This document shows, piece by piece, positions 1-9,645 of a DNA stretch of 64,000 nucleotides. Each line of letters starts with the position of its first letter. Position 1 is the first letter of the stretch. The stretch covers positions 62,001-126,000 of the forward strand of contig NIVC01000319.1 in NCBI GenBank assembly GCA_002269645.1, read 5' to 3'. The position numbers and the translations under genes are program-made. The notes under the pieces were generated by a model that did no database searches, had not been told where the DNA came from, and saw only the letters and a list, made by a program, of their open reading frames with translations. Source of the DNA: Macrostomum lignano (Eukaryota).

Positions 1-114
1 TCTGAAATACCAAAATACCAAGCTTATTTAAGTGGCTCACAAAACTCTACACTGTTCACATTTGAAAAATAGCAACAATGCAATTGCCTACAGAAAAATT
101 ATAAACCAAGTGGG

Positions 115-958
115 AAAAATGCCATTGCTTGGATAGACATGCCAAACCCATGCCAAACCTATGCCATTGCTTAGATGGACATGCCAAACCAATGCCAAAC
201 CAATGCCAAACCAATGCCATTGCTTAGATGGGCATGCCAAACCTATGCCATTGCTTGGATGGACATGCCAAACCCACGCCAAACCTATACCAATGCTTGG
301 ATGGACATGCCAAACCCATGCCAAACCTATAACAATGCTTGGATAGGCATGCCAAACCCATGCCAAACCTATGCCAAACCCATGCCAAACCTATGCCAAA
401 CCCATGCCAAACCTATGCCAAACCAATGCCATTGCTTAGATGGGCATGCCAAACCTATGCCATTGCTTGGATAGACATGCCAAACCCATGCCAAACCTAT
501 GCCAAACCTATGCCAAAGACATGCCAAACCCATGCCAAACCTATACCAATATGCTTGGATGGACATGCCAAAGACATGCCAAACCAATGCCAAACCAATG
601 CCATTGCTTAGATGGGCATGCCAAACCTATGCCATTGCTTGGATGGACATGCCAAAGACATGCCAAACCAATGCCAAACCTATGCCAAACCAATGCCATT
701 GCTTAGATGGGCATGCCAAACCTATGCCATTGCTTGGATAGACATGCCAAACCCATGCCAAACCTATGCCAAACCTATGCCAAAGACATGCCAAACCCAT
801 GCCAAACCTATACCAATGCTTGGATGGACATGCCAAAGACATGCCAAACCAATGCCAAACCAATGCCATTGCTTAGATGGGCATGCCAAACCTATGCCAT
901 TGCTTGGATGGACATGCCAAAGACATGCCAAACCAATGCCAAACCTATGCCAAACCAC
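115..958. repeat. Tandem repeat, ATGCCAAACC core with about 86-bp higher-order unit
   Basis: Direct: atgccaaacc recurs throughout, interleaved with atgccattgcttagatgggc/atgccattgcttggatggac blocks. All ORFs in 88-988 are translations of this repeat. Confidence 0.95.
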
Positions 959-2124
959 CTAGAACCTAGAACATACAGCCTCTCATAGTCTATACTGTTT
1001 CATTTACTGACTATAATGATTTTACAAGTTGTCAAGCACTCAAAGTAAAGAAACTAGGTCTAGACCAACCAAAGGAAAAAATAAAACAATCTTTCACACT
1101 AGCGTTCACAGACCAGAGTCAACTTGTGTTTATTTTTAAATGGATTTTTATTAGCATAATAGCTACTTTCATGCTTTAGCTAGGCCTAAGCCAGGCTATT
1201 CCCTTAAATTTAGCATTTAATTTATAATGCAATTCACAATGAACATTGTACACTCCTGATTCAGAAAAAATCATTTTTAGCTAATGGATTTCTGCAATTT
1301 GATTTGGAGCATGCCGCATGTTTTTAAGACGGCGCTATGCATTAGATTAAAATCGTTATTCTCGAAGTTCGTCACACCGTTTGAGGACAAAAAAATCAAG
1401 GGGCATATTTCTAAAACTACACCTGGGGAATGGCTGAAATTTGATTTGCATGTGGAAACAACTAGTCTGTATCGTTTTATTTCGTTGGGGAATTAGCCGC
1501 ATCCCTTTAAGTCTGTTGGGGAGGGCAAAAATGTTCCGGAATGCAAGACTTTAAACTTTTAAATAAGATTTCTATGTGGAATTAGAATCGATTTTAAAGA
1601 AACTCTACAGAAAGGAGCAAAACATCCTGCTCCATAAATTTTATTTCTTGGGGAGCGGCTGGAATGCATAATATCGGCGGTATTTGCTAGCCCAATCTCA
1701 GCCCTGCGACAGCCCACTCAAACAAAACTTTGAATGCTTGAGAAATTTTTTGTAGCAGGTTTTGGCGAAAGAAAACCTTTTGGGGAATCTTTTTGCATGC
1801 TAATCTTTAATTTTTTACACGAGCCGCGTCTGGGGACTGCGTTTAAAATTTTGACGCGGCTGAGATGCGGCTGGCGACATGGAAGTGTGTAAAGCAGACA
1901 TTAAAACTTTCAAAACTTTGTCACTCTTGATCTACCATTAATGTTTATGCCTTAGGGGCTATTTAAGAGAAGTAGAATTTATACAGGGAGTTGGAAATCC
2001 TATACTATATGACTTACTTTGACTTAGCTGCAGGGGGCGTCCGGAGGATGCAGCGAGGAGGCGGAGGAGACCGCCCATTCCGCTAGCCCCTGGCGACCAA
2101 CGACTTCCGTTGAAGTGGTGTCGC

Positions 2125-5100
2125 TCAGGGGGACCCGTCGGTCTCGCCTGCAGCGCGGTCCTCCTCACCGACGGTGGGGAAGAAATCAGCTCGTCCGGTG
2201 TCCCTGAGGTACCGGGCGAGCAGCGGGATGCTCTCGGGCCTGCAAACGTCGGAGAGAACCGGGTTTGGCCCGAGGTGAGTAAGCCTGGCCCTGGTGAAAA
2301 CCGGGCAGTGGCAGATAAAATGCTCGGCGTTTTCACTGCCTGAGCGGCAGAAGGGGCACCGCTCCTCGGGTACTTGGCCCTGAAGGAAGCGGTGGCGAGA
2401 GAAGCAGCCATGCCCGGAGAGGGCCATGCTAACTGCTCTGAGGTCTCTGCGGTTGAGCCTGAGGAGGGCTCTACGCAGGAGAGGAGAGGGACAGGGGACG
2501 GCAGCACGGGATTGCCTACAATTCCGGGTGTCGTGCCACCTGCGGAGATGCTCGGAGTCAGCCCAGCGCTTAACGCGGGAATTGATCACCGAGGCGGGGA
2601 TGGGGGCACCCGGGCCCGGCCCCAATAGCGCGCCGGCGGAGCCAGCCTTGGCCAGCAGGTCAGCGCGCTCGTTGCCGAGGAAGCCGGCGTGGCCCGGGAT
2701 CCATCTGAGCTCCACCTGGTTGCCTAGCGCAAGCCCGTTGAGCTGGGTGTTGCAGTCCAGGACGGACCTGGAGCTGGCGGTGCTGCGGCAGAGGGCCCGA
2801 AGGGCTGCTTGGCTGTCAGAGTGAAAAATAAATTTCCGGCCGCTAAGCTGCCTTCGGCGCAGCTCTGCCGCGCAGGAGCTGATGGCAAGCACCTCGCTCT
2901 GAAAAACACTGGAGTTGAGCCCAGTGTGCTGGGAGTAGTTCCACACCACTTCTCCCTTGAAGAAGACGCAAGCTCCGAAGCCTGAAAGACCATGCCTCAT
3001 AGAGCCGTCAGTGTAACAGTGGACTTCAGAGTCGCTCCAGCTGTCACTCGCCTCGTGTCGAGGCTGAATGGTGACCTTATACCTTTGGCTCAGGAGAAGG
3101 GTGGCTGGGATCGAGTCCGTGAGGATGTTGAGCCCGCCACACTCCTCGAGAGCCTTGAGGCAGAGGTCAGAGTGCGGGATAAGCGACCGCTTCTTAAAGG
3201 CCCGCACTTTCTTGAAGGCCACCCCAGCATCCAGAAGACGCCGGGTGCTCTTCGCCGCCTCTCCTTTGATATAAATATCCAAAGGAGGGGCACAGAGGAA
3301 GGCATTCATGCCTTCAAAAGGAGTAGAGGGTGGAGCGCCCATAGTCATGCGGCAGGCTCTGCCCTGGATTTTGTAGAGAGCGTCGAGGTTGCTCTTGACG
3401 CTCAGGCCGCTAGCCCACACGAGGCTGGCGTAACTGATCGAGGGGCGGATGATGGCAGTGTAAATCCACCACAGCTTCCTGGGGGTGAGCCCCCAGGTGG
3501 TGCCCACGGCGCGCCTGATCTGAGCCAGTACAGCCAGGGCTTTTTTGGCTTTAGTTTGAATGTGCGGAGTCCAGTTAAGCCTGTGGTCCAGAGTGAGGCC
3601 CAGGCAGCGGACCTGCTTCTCCATGGAAATATTCTTTCCATAGAGGGTGAGGGGCTTAATGGTCCAGAGCAGTTTGTTGGTAAACATGACTGCTGTGGTT
3701 TTCGACTCTGAGAGTCTAAGGCCACATTGGTCTGCCCAACGCTCCGCTCGTCCCAGAAAGCCCTGCAGAAGGTCTCTGATGGTATCAACCGAGGGGCCCG
3801 CGCATATCGCGGTCACATCATCGGCATAGCCCACCTTGAGAATGGGGTCGTGGAGATCACTGCAAAGCAACTCATCCATGACCATGTTCCAGAGAACGGG
3901 GGTGAGAACGCCGCCCTGGGGGCCCCCTTTCAGGACAGGCACCGAAAGAGAGCTGCCGCTCAGGTGGGCCACAACAGTGCGGTTTCGGATCATGAACATG
4001 ATCCACCGGACAAGGTGAGGGTGCGTGGCCCTGGATTCCAGGGCTCTGCAAAAGGCCTCGAAGATGACGTTGTCGAAGGCCCCCTCAATGTCCAGGAAAA
4101 GCGAGAGGGCAAAGCCGCTGCCAAGAACGGCCCTCTCCAGGAAGTCAACAATGACATGGAGAGCACTCTCGGTTGACCTGCCCGCGCGGAAGGCGTGCTG
4201 GTTCTGCGAGAGTGGGAAGCGCTTCAGCTCGACCGAAAGTAGGCGCCAAAGCACCAGTCTCTCGAGGAGCTTGAGGCAGAAAGAAGTGAGGCTGATAGGC
4301 CTGAAGGCCTTCACCGATTGGTAGTCGCTCTTTCCAGGCTTGGGGATAAAGACCACCCGGGCCTCTCTCCATGCAACTGGTACATAGCCCAGCTCCACAC
4401 AAGCTCGAAGGAGACGACAGAGCAGGTCCAGGAAGCGGTGGTTTTTCACCGCCTCGTGCAAGAACGCTGGGTAGATGCCGTCGGGCCCAGGCGCCTTGAA
4501 CGGGTTAAAGGACCTTGCCGCTCTAATAATGCGGTCTTTGGTGATCATAGACTTTGCTAGGCCTTGCCCTCCCACTGTGTGGTCGGGCGGGCCCTGCTGA
4601 GTCGGAGATTTAGGGAAAAAACTGTTGAGCATGAGCTCTAGAGTCTCTTCCGAACTCTCTGTGACCGAGCCGTCAGGTCTCTTCACAACAGAGAGTTTAG
4701 AAAAACGGTCATTAGTGAGTGCCTTAACCACGCGGGCTACGGGGCGAGAGCCCTCAAGCCCTTCGCAATATTGGCGCCACTTGGCCGTCTTGGCCCTTCT
4801 GACTTGGCCCTTAAACTCGTGGATCGCACGGGTATAGGCCTCTCTGTCAGATGGGTCTTTGGTTTTGAGCGCTCGCCTTTGGAGGGTCCTGGCTCGGCGC
4901 CGAAGGGCCCCGAGCTCTGGGTTCCACCAGGGAGCAGATTTCTTGCCTTTATAGGCCTTTAGGGGGCAGGCTGCTTCAAAGGCAGTGGTGATCGCCCCGC
5001 CCAGGGAGGAGGCGAGATCGTCCACCACCTGGCAGTCAGAGAGGTCACTGGGGGGGTCAAGATCCCGAAGGCCGCGGCTCAGCTTCGAGCCAAAGGCGGC

Positions 5101-5829
5101 CCAATCGGTGTTCCTGACGTTCCGACTCCAAGTGACCTTAGGCTTTTGCTTGGTCGGCCCAATGCAAAAGCGGATAAAGCGGTGGTCCGAGAGCGAGTCC
5201 TCGTCCCACACTCGCCAGCCCGTAACTGCGGAAAGCAGTCCGGGTGAGGCGATGGTGGTGTCGATGACTTCGGCCCACCGCCCATTATTGAACGTTGGTG
5301 CATTGCCCACGTTACAGAAGTTGAGGTTAGTGCTGCTGACATAGGCCAGCAGCTCCTCGCCTCTGCTATTGATGTTCTTGCTGCCCCAATGCAGGTGGTG
5401 TGCGTTCACATCCCCTGCAATGAGCAGCTCGAACCGATGGGACGCAGCATAGTCAGTAAGGTTGACTAACGCGTCGCAGACAACTGGGGCATCGCCCGGG
5501 AAATAGGCAGAAGCTACCAGCACAGGTTTATTGGGAATGAGGTTATTGATTTGAACAACACAGATGTCCCCAGTCGAGAGATCAGGTCTCATCCATGCCT
5601 CAAAAGCTTTTGCAGCAAAGACCAAAGATCTTGGGCGAGGCTGAGGGCCCACCATGCAAAAACAGTGGTAGCCAGATGGCACATTATTTGGCTTACCTTT
5701 AGTCATCCAGGGCTCCTGTACGAAGACCAGGCCCGGAAGCTGTTGCTCTGCCGTGCGCATCAGGTTGACCGACGCCGCCACGCAGTGCTGGGTGTTGATC
5801 TGCAGACACCAGGTAGTCGCTGGCATCAT
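2125..5829 (-). CDS. Retrotransposon ORF2: AP endonuclease, reverse transcriptase, RNase H, C-terminal CCHC finger (1234 aa)
   Basis: APE motifs LQINTQHC, FVQEPW, IAGDVNAHH, SDH; RT motifs KAPGPDGI, FRPISLTS, LDIEGAFDNV, GPQGGVLTPVLW, YADD; RNase H motifs YTDGS, SEVLAI, SDSQAAL, WIPGHAGFLGNERADLLAK; C-terminal CPFC...HFICHC. No stops or frameshifts. Confidence 0.97.
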   Translation of the reverse strand: MMPATTWCLQINTQHCVAASVNLMRTAEQQLPGLVFVQEPWMTKGKPNNVPSGYHCFCMVGPQPRPRSLVFAAKAFEAWMRPDLSTGDICVVQINNLIPNKPVLVASAYFPGDAPVVCDALVNLTDYAASHRFELLIAGDVNAHHLHWGSKNINSRGEELLAYVSSTNLNFCNVGNAPTFNNGRWAEVIDTTIASPGLLSAVTGWRVWDEDSLSDHRFIRFCIGPTKQKPKVTWSRNVRNTDWAAFGSKLSRGLRDLDPPSDLSDCQVVDDLASSLGGAITTAFEAACPLKAYKGKKSAPWWNPELGALRRRARTLQRRALKTKDPSDREAYTRAIHEFKGQVRRAKTAKWRQYCEGLEGSRPVARVVKALTNDRFSKLSVVKRPDGSVTESSEETLELMLNSFFPKSPTQQGPPDHTVGGQGLAKSMITKDRIIRAARSFNPFKAPGPDGIYPAFLHEAVKNHRFLDLLCRLLRACVELGYVPVAWREARVVFIPKPGKSDYQSVKAFRPISLTSFCLKLLERLVLWRLLSVELKRFPLSQNQHAFRAGRSTESALHVIVDFLERAVLGSGFALSLFLDIEGAFDNVIFEAFCRALESRATHPHLVRWIMFMIRNRTVVAHLSGSSLSVPVLKGGPQGGVLTPVLWNMVMDELLCSDLHDPILKVGYADDVTAICAGPSVDTIRDLLQGFLGRAERWADQCGLRLSESKTTAVMFTNKLLWTIKPLTLYGKNISMEKQVRCLGLTLDHRLNWTPHIQTKAKKALAVLAQIRRAVGTTWGLTPRKLWWIYTAIIRPSISYASLVWASGLSVKSNLDALYKIQGRACRMTMGAPPSTPFEGMNAFLCAPPLDIYIKGEAAKSTRRLLDAGVAFKKVRAFKKRSLIPHSDLCLKALEECGGLNILTDSIPATLLLSQRYKVTIQPRHEASDSWSDSEVHCYTDGSMRHGLSGFGACVFFKGEVVWNYSQHTGLNSSVFQSEVLAISSCAAELRRRQLSGRKFIFHSDSQAALRALCRSTASSRSVLDCNTQLNGLALGNQVELRWIPGHAGFLGNERADLLAKAGSAGALLGPGPGAPIPASVINSRVKRWADSEHLRRWHDTRNCRQSRAAVPCPSPLLRRALLRLNRRDLRAVSMALSGHGCFSRHRFLQGQVPEERCPFCRSGSENAEHFICHCPVFTRARLTHLGPNPVLSDVCRPESIPLLARYLRDTGRADFFPTVGEEDRAAGETDGSP

Positions 5830-7466
5830 TGCAGATCGGATGTTGCAGCCGCCAGGAGTTCCTCCTCCTCCTCGGCGCTCACCGGCTTCGGGTCGGGGTC
5901 GCCGGTGTCCATGGGCTCTTCTTCAGCAAAAGGCCCCCGATTGGCCGGAAGGCAGTAGGCAGCGTTCGCCGCCCTTTGCCCACCATCCATGGGGTCCTCC
6001 GCCTCAGATTGGCCCAATGCCCTGGAGCAGCCAGCCGCCTGGGCAGGCGGGTCCGTCTCCAGTCGGCCCTGCCCCGAGGGGTTGGGCCCAGCTGGGACGT
6101 CCCCACCCTCCCTGGACGAACTGGTGCGCCTAGGCGTCCCGGCGACCTCTCGCCTCAGCTGGGAGATTTTGGCGGTACGGACTGCCTCAGCTGCACGCTG
6201 GTACAGGCCGCGCCGCTTGGTGCTGCGCGCCGGGCGTCGGTCGCCTCCGCCCTCAGCAGCGCGCTGAGCTTTGCCCGCGCGGCCGTGCTGCCGGGCAGGG
6301 CGGTTTGCTTTGGCAGTCTGAGCAGAGGCTTGCGCCTCGGCCCCGGCCGCCTCCGCATCCCGCCCGCCCTGCTCACTGCCACGGGGAGGGTCGGCCTCGT
6401 AGGAGCGGATGCGCAGCTTCCAAAGGCCGACGTTGATGAAGCTGCCGTGTGGATAACGCCTCATCCAGGCGTCCGACAGCCCCAGGATGGCTGTGAAGCC
6501 AGTGCCGTCGGTGCGCTTAAGGGTGTCATGCACCACTAGGCCCGCGGCGGGAAGCTCCCGGTTGACTGCTAGCAGTCCTTTCCGGAGCTCGTCAGCAGAG
6601 GTAACAACGCTCCTGGCCGGGACCCAGATTCGATGCCTCTTGGTCCGGGGGCGCTCGTCCTCTCTGCAGAAGGCTAGGTTGAGGTCCCAGCTCTGCTCGG
6701 GCAGCAGCTCAAGGAGCCGCCGACCCGAGTCAGCATCACTGGGCCAAATGAGAAGGCACGAGTCCCTCGTCGCATTCGAATGAATGTTCAGAGGCGTGCC
6801 CTTCAGAGTTTGCTTCCACAGGAGGCCATCAACGGCACTTCTCACCTGCTTCAGCTGATCGGGAGACAGGCGCGCGTCCTTTCCCAGGATGACAACCGCC
6901 GGTTGCCTCTTTGCCGCATCAGCGTAGGAGGCCCGGGGGTCAGTGGAGCTTTCTTCAGGTGGGCTGTCCACCCTCCCGGCTGCATCGGCCTCCCTATCCT
7001 GGGCAGGGGCTTCCGTGGGCTCGAGGCCCTCTTCCGCCACCGCCCCAGACTGGGAAGCTTCCGCTGCCGCGGGCCGTTGGCCCCTGGCACCGGTTTGGCT
7101 TCCGCCCTCCTTGGCCCGCCTCGCCTTGTTAAGTCGACGGCGGGCAGCTCCAGAGGTGGTGCTGCGTTTCTTAGCAGCTGGAGTAGCAGGTGTCTTCTCG
7201 GAGGCACCGCTCAGAGTTGGCTCCACGGGTCTCGCCGAGGCGTCCCCGATGGTAGCAGGTGGTATGGCCGAGGAGTCCACGGCCCCAGCCGAGGCCGGAG
7301 GCACTGTGTCATCCACAGCCGGTTGATTTCTTCGGTTAGAAGCCATTGGCTGGAAGTAAAAAGGTGGGACTTCCTGCAGAACACAGGCAAAGAGCCGCAA
7401 GGCCGCAACCCCAAACCAAGCGGCAGGCCCCCAAAAAGCAAAATACCACCCTGCGGGGGGACCCAA
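5826..7466 (-). CDS. Retrotransposon ORF1 (gag-like, DUF4780-like central domain, 546 aa)
   Basis: Open frame directly upstream of ORF2. A basic low-complexity N-terminus (SGAARRRLNKARR, ASYADAAK) precedes a domain (EDERPRTKRHRIWVP...LLAVNRELP...INVGLWKLRIRSY) resembling DUF4780 ORF1 proteins of LOA-clade elements, from memory of the family. No CCHC knuckle seen. Confidence 0.85.
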   Translation of the reverse strand: MGPPAGWYFAFWGPAAWFGVAALRLFACVLQEVPPFYFQPMASNRRNQPAVDDTVPPASAGAVDSSAIPPATIGDASARPVEPTLSGASEKTPATPAAKKRSTTSGAARRRLNKARRAKEGGSQTGARGQRPAAAEASQSGAVAEEGLEPTEAPAQDREADAAGRVDSPPEESSTDPRASYADAAKRQPAVVILGKDARLSPDQLKQVRSAVDGLLWKQTLKGTPLNIHSNATRDSCLLIWPSDADSGRRLLELLPEQSWDLNLAFCREDERPRTKRHRIWVPARSVVTSADELRKGLLAVNRELPAAGLVVHDTLKRTDGTGFTAILGLSDAWMRRYPHGSFINVGLWKLRIRSYEADPPRGSEQGGRDAEAAGAEAQASAQTAKANRPARQHGRAGKAQRAAEGGGDRRPARSTKRRGLYQRAAEAVRTAKISQLRREVAGTPRRTSSSREGGDVPAGPNPSGQGRLETDPPAQAAGCSRALGQSEAEDPMDGGQRAANAAYCLPANRGPFAEEEPMDTGDPDPKPVSAEEEEELLAAATSDLQ

Positions 7467-8695
7467 AAGCGCAAGGGGAACCGTTAGCGACCAGACTACT
7501 CCCTGGCCAAGCGTCCATCAGCACGGAGTTACACTGGGACATTAGAGGGTGCGTTTATGGTCACACCAGGACCCGGCGCCAACGAATCAGCTCGGCAGGG
7601 CCCAAGGGGGCCTGCCTTAACACCCACGGGACGAGTACCCTTCGAAGTGCGCCTTGCAAGGTGAAAATCAGGAGACAGAGTCTCTTGAGCTATCAGCCCG
7701 CCAGGGGAGGCAGGTGTGAGCATCGCTGGCTGGGATAAAGGCCATACCAGTCTCATACTGCACAGATAGTTCACCACGCCATTACGTGCAGGACCCGGGG
7801 TCCTGGGGGCAACAGCCCCGGCCCTATACTATATGACTCTATAAAAGATTTCAATGTCACTATTTTTGTTTGTCTATAAAAAGTGAGAATGGTTTAAATG
7901 AGTTTTCTTAGAAAGAAAGGTCATACTGTGTGTGAACTTCATTCATTTACAATATATTGCGTTACGTGGAGTCAGGTGTTACTAATAAAACGGCTATTTG
8001 TGTCAAATAAAACGAAAGAATGCTCTTTTGCAATAAAATAACTTGTAGAATATTGAATCCTTTTTAAATAATGCAATGTCACAATAATGCCTAATTAAAT
8101 TTTTGTCTTATGCCAGCAGCTAAGCAGCCTAGGCAGGCTAGGCTATTTGGAATCATAACAAATGAAAAGGAAAATAAGATGTAATATAGGCCTATAAAAA
8201 GACAATAGATACTAGGTCTCTAAGAGAACTATTTCCAGTGGCAGCCAGGCTCTAAGTTTATTTTATCCAAGGGGTATCAGGCATAATCTAACTTCTTAAG
8301 CCAAAATAAAGCCATATATTCTATAGAGGGAATGGGTCAAAATTGCTAAAATTGAAAAGTTTTAATACATGCATCATGCAGAGTATCTCAATTGTTTTGA
8401 CACTTCTGTGTATCTGGTGCTCCCAGTTCTAATTTTAGCATTATAGCTTATTCCTACCTTTGACAATCATTTTAAATACATTGTCTCTATTAGTAGAGAC
8501 AATGAAAATAGAAATAAAAATGCTTGAGTATATTTGAAGTATAATTTAAAATAAAATTGATCCCAAAAAGTCATTCATAAGATTTGCAACATTATTCTTT
8601 TTTAATTTACATAGTTTTTAATATATACATACAACTTCAAAAACTATATATTATTGGCTATGCACCTTGGCTTAGTTAAAAATGCAACTTAGCTT

Positions 8696-8932
8696 CAGGC
8701 GCCGCGGAACGAGTTTTTGCCAGGGGGGGGGCAGGACCAAGTTTCTGAAACTCAAGCCCAGACCCTGACTTGGACAATGACCAAAAATTTGAGCAAAATT
8801 ATGCTGTTGAACAGTATTTGAGGGGGGGGGGGCAATGCCCCCCCAACTCAATGTCAGGGGGGGCAATGCCCCCCCAACTCAATGTCAGGGGGGGCAGCTG
8901 CCCCCCCCTGCCCCCCTGTTCCACAGCGCCTG
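8696..8932. mobile_element. hAT-type MITE (non-autonomous DNA transposon)
   Basis: 15-bp TIR caggcgccgcggaac / gttccacagcgcctg (13/15 match). Exact 8-bp TSD cttagctt at 8688-8695 and 8933-8940. Internal G/C-run palindromes and a duplication of about 30 bp. An 8-bp TSD with CAGG termini is typical of hAT. Confidence 0.88.
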
Positions 8933-9174
8933 CTTAGCTTTGTTACTTAACAAAAATCAAAATAAAAATTATTAAATTTGTTCTCCAAATTAGAGTCTAA
9001 TTTGTCTAATTTGACAAATTAGAGTCCAATTTATCAAAAGTTGTTAATTTTATAACTTATTCCTAGTTTGTCATAATTTATATTAGCTATATTGTATTGG
9101 CTAGGTTGGCTAGCAGTTACATATGTTGATATGTGTAGTTTCAAAGGTAGAATTCATTATGATTTATTACTTAA

Positions 9175-9478
9175 ATGTGTTGTAGTCTGATATTTAAAGC
9201 ATTGGACTTGTGACTTAAAGGTTGTAAGTTGGATTCAAGATCCAATTGGAACAACTTGTGTCCTTAAGCAAGACAATTAACTCTATAATGCTTTAGTCCA
9301 CCCAGCTATAAAATGGGTGCCAGCATTAGCTGGGGTAATTCAGGGTATATGGTAACCCCCAGTCTTTAGACTGAACAGCCATATGCAACCTTCAGATGTG
9401 CAACACAATAGCTGTGGCTGAGCTGTCAGTTGCACATCTGGCCCAATTAGGGCAAGTATAATCAATTATTATTATTAT
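9175..9478 (+). mobile_element. Degenerate tRNA-derived SINE with conserved central domain and (TTA)n tail
   Basis: Decayed tRNA-like head (aaagcattggacttgtgacttaaaggttgtaagttggattc), then ttgtgtccttaagcaagac...agtccacccagctataaaatgggt, which resembles the CORE/V/Deu/Nin-type SINE central domains. Ends in attattattattatt. Confidence 0.6.
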
Positions 9479-9645
9479 TGTACACATTTTTTCTATTTTC
9501 TATATGAATTTATAACACTTGTACTTGTGCTATTCCAGGCTTAGAGTGTCATTTATAAATGTGTCTTCTTTGATAAGTATTTGTTGACATTTTTGTTAGC
9601 AAAATAAATATAACAAATAATATATCTGCAAATGCCCACTAATTC

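Larger units (their letters stand above)
2015..7822 (-). mobile_element. Full-length non-LTR retrotransposon, LOA/R1-type (ORF1 + APE-RT-RNaseH ORF2)
   Basis: Flanked by an exact 16-bp direct repeat cctatactatatgact at 1999-2014 and 7823-7838 (TSD). Two intact ORFs on the minus strand, a 5' UTR of about 350 nt, and a 3' end of short taagtc/aaag repeats rather than poly(A). Confidence 0.95.

Noticed and set aside
1250-1900. Possible DNA-transposon remnant (gccgcat/gccgcgt motifs, ttaa ends)
   Set aside because: I could not find matching TIRs or a TSD, so it is not called.
2992-7738. Plus-strand ORFs overlapping the retrotransposon
   Set aside because: Antisense shadows of GC-rich coding sequence, with no independent motifs.
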